10,922 nucleotides of DNA from an uncultured bacterium (lineage in GTDB: Bacteria > JAJVIF01 > JAPKYR01): NCBI GenBank assembly GCA_965369865.1, contig CBDURU010000117.1, forward strand, positions 1 to 10,922. Reading direction: 5' to 3'. A program made the translations under genes and the position numbers. This document shows, in pieces, positions 7,525 through 10,922 of the stretch. Under the pieces are notes generated by a model that had not been told where the DNA came from, ran no database searches, and saw nothing but the letters and a program-made list of their open reading frames with translations. Position 1 is the first letter of the stretch, and each line of letters starts with the position of its first letter.

Positions 7525-9576
7525 ATGAAGGGATTCTATCTCTACATAATTTTATTTGGGTCGGTTCTGCTAATTCTGGGTTGTTCATCCAATGGCTTAC
7601 CCTCGTCTCCCGGTACCGGTCCGCCGGATATTTCTGCATCCGAACCACCATCAAATGTGTTATCGGATAATTCCCGCATGTTGTGGGCATTTTATGATGT
7701 CACTCTAAATCCCAAAACCTATGAATACGAAGTCGTACCTCTCAGGGATACATCTGCCCACTGGAACATTCTTACATTCCTCGAGAATGCCCCTTGCGAT
7801 AACTGCTTTCAGTTTACGGGATTCTCTCCCGGTCCCGACGGGACATTAAATGTTGAAATTACCATCACCCAGCCCTTCGACCATCTGAATTTCACGGCGT
7901 TCGATGTCAGGGGAATTGTGATGTTTAAGGGCCTCGGGAATTTCCCGGAAGCTGGATTGTCATTTTCCAGGGGAGGTTATTCATCAGCCGAGTTTTTTAA
8001 TGCGGATGGATTTACTACCCTGTACAATCTGGAAACAGAAGGCTCAGGTCCGGGCGGGTTACAGGGTTATATCCAGGGGAAACTGGCACCAGGTGGCGGT
8101 GATGCACAACTCAATGGTTTTAAACGGTTTATCTCTGATGATCCATCCAATTCACGCAATTTCATGCTACCGGGAGATTCAATTGCCCGGACCTACAATA
8201 TTTACATACCAATATTAGAAATTCATTTTGGATATGCTGTCGACGCCTGCTGGGCAATGCCCGATGTTATACCCGTTGTTGACCCGATTACGGATTTCCC
8301 ACCGGAAGCCAACTGCGAGGAGCCATGGAAAATTGATGTAACGGTCGAGCCTGTTGGCGATGGCCTTACTCCGACCGGCGGATCGGTAATCGTCCGGATG
8401 CAGGTGTATGACCACACCGGGATGGTTTCACATTTAACTCCCAAACTGGAATCCCCGGATCTTTTTAATGGCGTTGTTGAGGCTGGATTTATAGAAAACT
8501 TTGGCGATTATTCGGTCTGGGAAGCTGTGGTTTCAAATGAAAAACTTGCCCTCAACGGGACATACAACTGTCTCATTTCGGTTGAGGATACGGAGAACGA
8601 TCCCGTGTCTGCTCCATGGCTTGACCTGACCGCTTACCAGATTATTAAGCTGGTCGTTGATGGCGAATATACAATAATTGATGTCACACCTCCGGAACTC
8701 CAGACCATTCTGAACGGATTTAGCTACGATGTTTACCTCTCGAACGGTTATGCATACGTTACCGGCTGTGGCCCCAGGCTATATATCGTGGATATATCTG
8801 TACCGGAGGAAGCGTTTATCGCGGCTTCGTACACAACTTCCTTTGATACCGTAACAATTGTGGTTGAGAACAATATCGCTTATTTGACTGCATTTGACAC
8901 AATCGGCTATGAAGCGTGTGAGATGATTCTGCTCGATGTCACCGATCCGACCCAGCCGGAATTTATCAGCAGCCATGGTCCGTCAGGTTATCCGCACGGC
9001 ATCTCAGGGGGCATCGGAGTTTCCAGTGCGGGTATGCTCGGTTTCATGTTTCACGATTTAAACCCGCCTGAATCGGCCCATTATGTTGACAACCTGTACC
9101 TCAGTGATTGGGATGGGATGATGGACATAGAAGTAATAGATGGTTATGTGTATGCGCTGAGGGGTCCGTACTTTCATATCGTGGATTTTGACCCGATTGA
9201 AACAGCAGCGCAAATCGGTACCGTGGAAACTTCCAACTGGGATACGTGGCAAATGGACGCGTGGAATAATTATCTCTATCTGTGCGGAATGGGAAGAATT
9301 GAAGTATATGACATTTCCAATCCTGAAACTCCGGTATTCGTGACTTTTATCAATACAGGCAACCAGCCGAATGGAATCAAGGTTCAGGATGGAGTCGCGT
9401 TTATTACAACCGGGATCAGGATTGAAATATGGGATGTAGATCCTCCCACCGAAGCTCAGATTTTGCAGGCCGCGCCATCTGAATGGTTCGAACGTATCGA
9501 GGTTGAGGGGAATTATATTTACATGGTGAGACCGTTTTCTTCTTACAGCCCGTTTACAATAATGAGATTTGAGTAG
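7525..9576 (+). CDS. Lipoprotein with the shared unknown N-terminal domain and C-terminal LVIVD-like beta-propeller repeats
   Basis: Strong SD and lipobox ILG|C. C-terminal repeats such as DVYLSNGYAYVT...LYIVDISVP, IVVENNIAYLT...LLDVTDP, IEVIDGYVYA, IEVYDISNP and IKVQDGVAFIT match the LVIVD pattern. Confidence 0.88.
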   Translation: MKGFYLYIILFGSVLLILGCSSNGLPSSPGTGPPDISASEPPSNVLSDNSRMLWAFYDVTLNPKTYEYEVVPLRDTSAHWNILTFLENAPCDNCFQFTGFSPGPDGTLNVEITITQPFDHLNFTAFDVRGIVMFKGLGNFPEAGLSFSRGGYSSAEFFNADGFTTLYNLETEGSGPGGLQGYIQGKLAPGGGDAQLNGFKRFISDDPSNSRNFMLPGDSIARTYNIYIPILEIHFGYAVDACWAMPDVIPVVDPITDFPPEANCEEPWKIDVTVEPVGDGLTPTGGSVIVRMQVYDHTGMVSHLTPKLESPDLFNGVVEAGFIENFGDYSVWEAVVSNEKLALNGTYNCLISVEDTENDPVSAPWLDLTAYQIIKLVVDGEYTIIDVTPPELQTILNGFSYDVYLSNGYAYVTGCGPRLYIVDISVPEEAFIAASYTTSFDTVTIVVENNIAYLTAFDTIGYEACEMILLDVTDPTQPEFISSHGPSGYPHGISGGIGVSSAGMLGFMFHDLNPPESAHYVDNLYLSDWDGMMDIEVIDGYVYALRGPYFHIVDFDPIETAAQIGTVETSNWDTWQMDAWNNYLYLCGMGRIEVYDISNPETPVFVTFINTGNQPNGIKVQDGVAFITTGIRIEIWDVDPPTEAQILQAAPSEWFERIEVEGNYIYMVRPFSSYSPFTIMRFE

Positions 9577-9583
9577 GGAATCC

Positions 9584-9666
9584 GGGGACAGGCACTCGAT
9601 TTTACCGCGGTACTCAATATAGAAATGGAACTAGTGTATTAGCGGTAAAATCGTGAGCCAGTCCCC
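9584..9666. repeat. REP/REPIN-like hairpin 1 (arm A, 35-nt loop, inverted arm B)
   Basis: GGGGACAGGCACTCGATTTTACCG (9584-9607) pairs with CGGTAAAATCGTGAGCCAGTCCCC (9643-9666) at 21 of 24 positions. Confidence 0.9.
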
Positions 9667-9746
9667 TCACATTATCTGTACTTCTCGAATAGTCGAATAT
9701 TGTATTTTTGGTTAAAGTGCTATTTTTCTTATGGGGATTATATAAT

Positions 9747-9847
9747 GGTGACGATCTTTGTACAGGGAACTGGCTATGTATAGGAGACAGGCTATGTATA
9801 GAAGACTGGCTATGTATAGGGGACTGGCTATGTATAGGGGACTGGCT
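9747..9847 (+). repeat. 18-bp tandem array 1 (consensus GGGGACTGGCTATGTATA) running into hairpin 2
   Basis: Units at 9747 (degenerate, ggtgacgatctttgtaca), 9765 gggaactggctatgtata, 9783 ggagacaggctatgtata, 9801 gaagactggctatgtata and 9819 ggggactggctatgtata. The arm begins in phase at 9837 with ggggactggct. Confidence 0.92.
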
Positions 9848-9918
9848 CACAAATTTGCCGCTAATACGAGAGTTCCAATTTTTTCTAATCTACCCGGCAA
9901 ATTTGAGTGCCTGTCCCC
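9837..9918. repeat. REP/REPIN-like hairpin 2 (arm B', 34-nt loop, inverted arm A'), opposite orientation to hairpin 1
   Basis: GGGGACTGGCTCACAAATTTGCCG (9837-9860) pairs with CGGCAAATTTGAGTGCCTGTCCCC (9895-9918) at 21 of 24 positions. Confidence 0.9.
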
Positions 9919-9949
9919 GGTGGTTTAGTACTTTACCTGTCTCCGGTGG

Positions 9950-10546
9950 TCAAGCCTTTAAGTGTTTCCCTGATGTTGTATGTTTTCGGATCGATTCTAT
10001 AATCTCGTCCTCAACAGGATTCGATATCCATTTTTCCCAATCGATCCCGGTAGCATCCATCAAATCCTTCCATTCATCCTGGTCAATTAGTCCCCATTGG
10101 TCTTCTATTCCCAGGTGCATCCTTGCACTTGACCATTCGTAGTCCGATGGATGATCTACAATCCCGGCCCGTACAGGATTGCGTTCCACATACTTTAAAG
10201 TATTGATAAAATGATTATGGTCCAAGGGGCACGAATGATACCGGTTTTCAAAGATATGTCCACTTGTTTTTTGAATTTTGTTTATATACTGGGAATACTG
10301 ACCATGGATTTTCCCTACGACTGATGAAAGGGCTGTCTCAGTTAACGGGGTTATGATTAGATGGATGTGATTGGTCATCAAGCAGTAGCCATTAATTGTA
10401 GATTTGCACTCTTCTGAATATATTTTTAAAAAATTCAGATATTCCGCATGGTTTTCATAGGAGAAAAAAATATCCTGTCCGTTGTTACCGCGGTGTGTAA
10501 TGTGATGGGGCAGACCTGGAATAACAATTCTTTGTGACCTCGGCAT
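9950..10546 (-). CDS. REP-associated tyrosine transposase (RAYT-like; HUH/Y1 family related to IS200 TnpA), 198 aa
   Basis: MPRSQRIVIPGLPHHITHRGNNGQDIF N-terminus, HUH motif YCLMTNHIHL, GHIFENRY, catalytic-Tyr motif YVERNPVRAG and the YEWSS tail. The family-typical MPR start is at 10546. It is flanked by REP-like hairpins, and no tnpB is seen in the window. Confidence 0.92.
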   Translation of the reverse strand: MPRSQRIVIPGLPHHITHRGNNGQDIFFSYENHAEYLNFLKIYSEECKSTINGYCLMTNHIHLIITPLTETALSSVVGKIHGQYSQYINKIQKTSGHIFENRYHSCPLDHNHFINTLKYVERNPVRAGIVDHPSDYEWSSARMHLGIEDQWGLIDQDEWKDLMDATGIDWEKWISNPVEDEIIESIRKHTTSGKHLKA

Positions 10547-10554
10547 GATCGAGA

Positions 10555-10563
10555 ATAATAACA
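10555..10563 (-). promoter_or_regulatory. Extended -10 element (TGnTATTAT) just upstream of the transposase ATG
   Basis: The minus strand reads TG-T-TATTAT-TCTCGATC-ATG. No SD is present. Confidence 0.45.
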
Positions 10564-10620
10564 TGAGCGAAGGTTTGGGGATAGTTAGGAGGGAATACTG
10601 GGCCATGTAGGAGGGAATCC

Positions 10621-10702
10621 GGGGACAGGCACTCGATTTTACCGGGTACTCTTTTAAAAATTGTTCCATATGTATAAGCGGTAAAATCGTGAGCCAGTCC
10701 CC
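10621..10702. repeat. REP/REPIN-like hairpin 3 (arm A, 34-nt loop, inverted arm B), same orientation as hairpin 1
   Basis: Arms at 10621-10644 and 10679-10702 are identical to those of hairpin 1, but the loop core differs. Confidence 0.9.
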
Positions 10703-10796
10703 TCACATTTTCTGTACTTCTCGAATAGTCGAATATTGTATTTTTGGTTAATGGGCTTATTTAAACGGGATTACTTAATCGTGACGAACCTTCAAT

Positions 10797-10922
10797 TGGG
10801 ACCGGCTTTGTATAGGAGACAGGCTATATATAGGAGACTGGCTATGTATAGGGGACTGGCTTTGTTAAGGTGATTGGCTTTGTATAGGTGACTGGCTTTG
10901 TTTAGGTGATTGGCTTTGTATA
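10797..10922 (+). repeat. 18-bp tandem array 2, at least 7 units, truncated by the window end
   Basis: tgggaccggctttgtata / ggagacaggctatatata / ggagactggctatgtata / ggggactggctttgttaa / ggtgattggctttgtata / ggtgactggctttgttta / ggtgattggctttgtata. Confidence 0.92.

Larger units (their letters stand above)
9575..10922. mobile_element. RAYT locus: transposase between two direct-repeat hairpin-plus-array modules (right end not visible)
   Basis: 9575-9607 is identical to 10612-10644 (33 bp), and 9641-9715 matches 10677-10751 at 74 of 75 positions. Each is followed by a homologous 18-bp array. Mobility itself is not demonstrated. Confidence 0.65.

Noticed and set aside
1221..9576. Diversity-generating retroelement acting on the surface proteins
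   Set aside because: There is no reverse transcriptase and no near-identical TR/VR pair differing at adenines in the window.
9614..10142. ORFs 9614..9850(-) (SQSPIH repeats) and 9708..10142(+) (GDWLCI repeats)
   Set aside because: They are by-products of the 18-bp period. They overlap the hairpins, and the second runs antisense into the transposase.
9950..10546. IS605/IS200 element with TnpB or IscB
   Set aside because: There is no accessory nuclease ORF in the window, and the protein motifs (NPVRAG, YEWSS tail) and repeat flanks fit RAYT better.
10547..10706. 41-aa N-terminal extension of the transposase (start 10669) and ORF 10485..10706(-)
   Set aside because: Both run through the non-coding hairpin module, and the family-typical MPR start is at 10546.
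9747..10922. 18-bp arrays as CRISPR or TIGR-type guide arrays
   Set aside because: The units are contiguous near-copies with no unique spacers, and no cas or Nop-domain gene is visible in the window.

Overview
Bacterial window in two parts. Positions 1-9576 hold cell-envelope and secreted-protein genes: a partial DUF3160-like gene with an upstream FG-GAP/VCBS-type gene, a secreted protein with a C-terminal PKD domain, a small secreted peptide, and two divergently transcribed lipoproteins. The lipoproteins share an unrecognised ~330-370 aa N-terminal domain but have different C-terminal parts (7 PNGGE Ig-like repeats versus LVIVD-like repeats). Positions 9575-10922 hold a REP-associated HUH/Y1 tyrosine transposase (RAYT-like, no tnpB) between two direct copies of a non-coding module. 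Each module has an asymmetric 24-bp-arm hairpin, a conserved linker and an 18-bp tandem array built from the first 11 nt of one hairpin arm. The three hairpins show compensatory stem changes, three invariant mismatches and variable loops of near-constant length, and three arms have tandem duplications at their outer ends (periods 18, 22 and 26 bp). This RAYT-hairpin-array system is the most unusual element. All family calls come from motif recognition; no database search was run.
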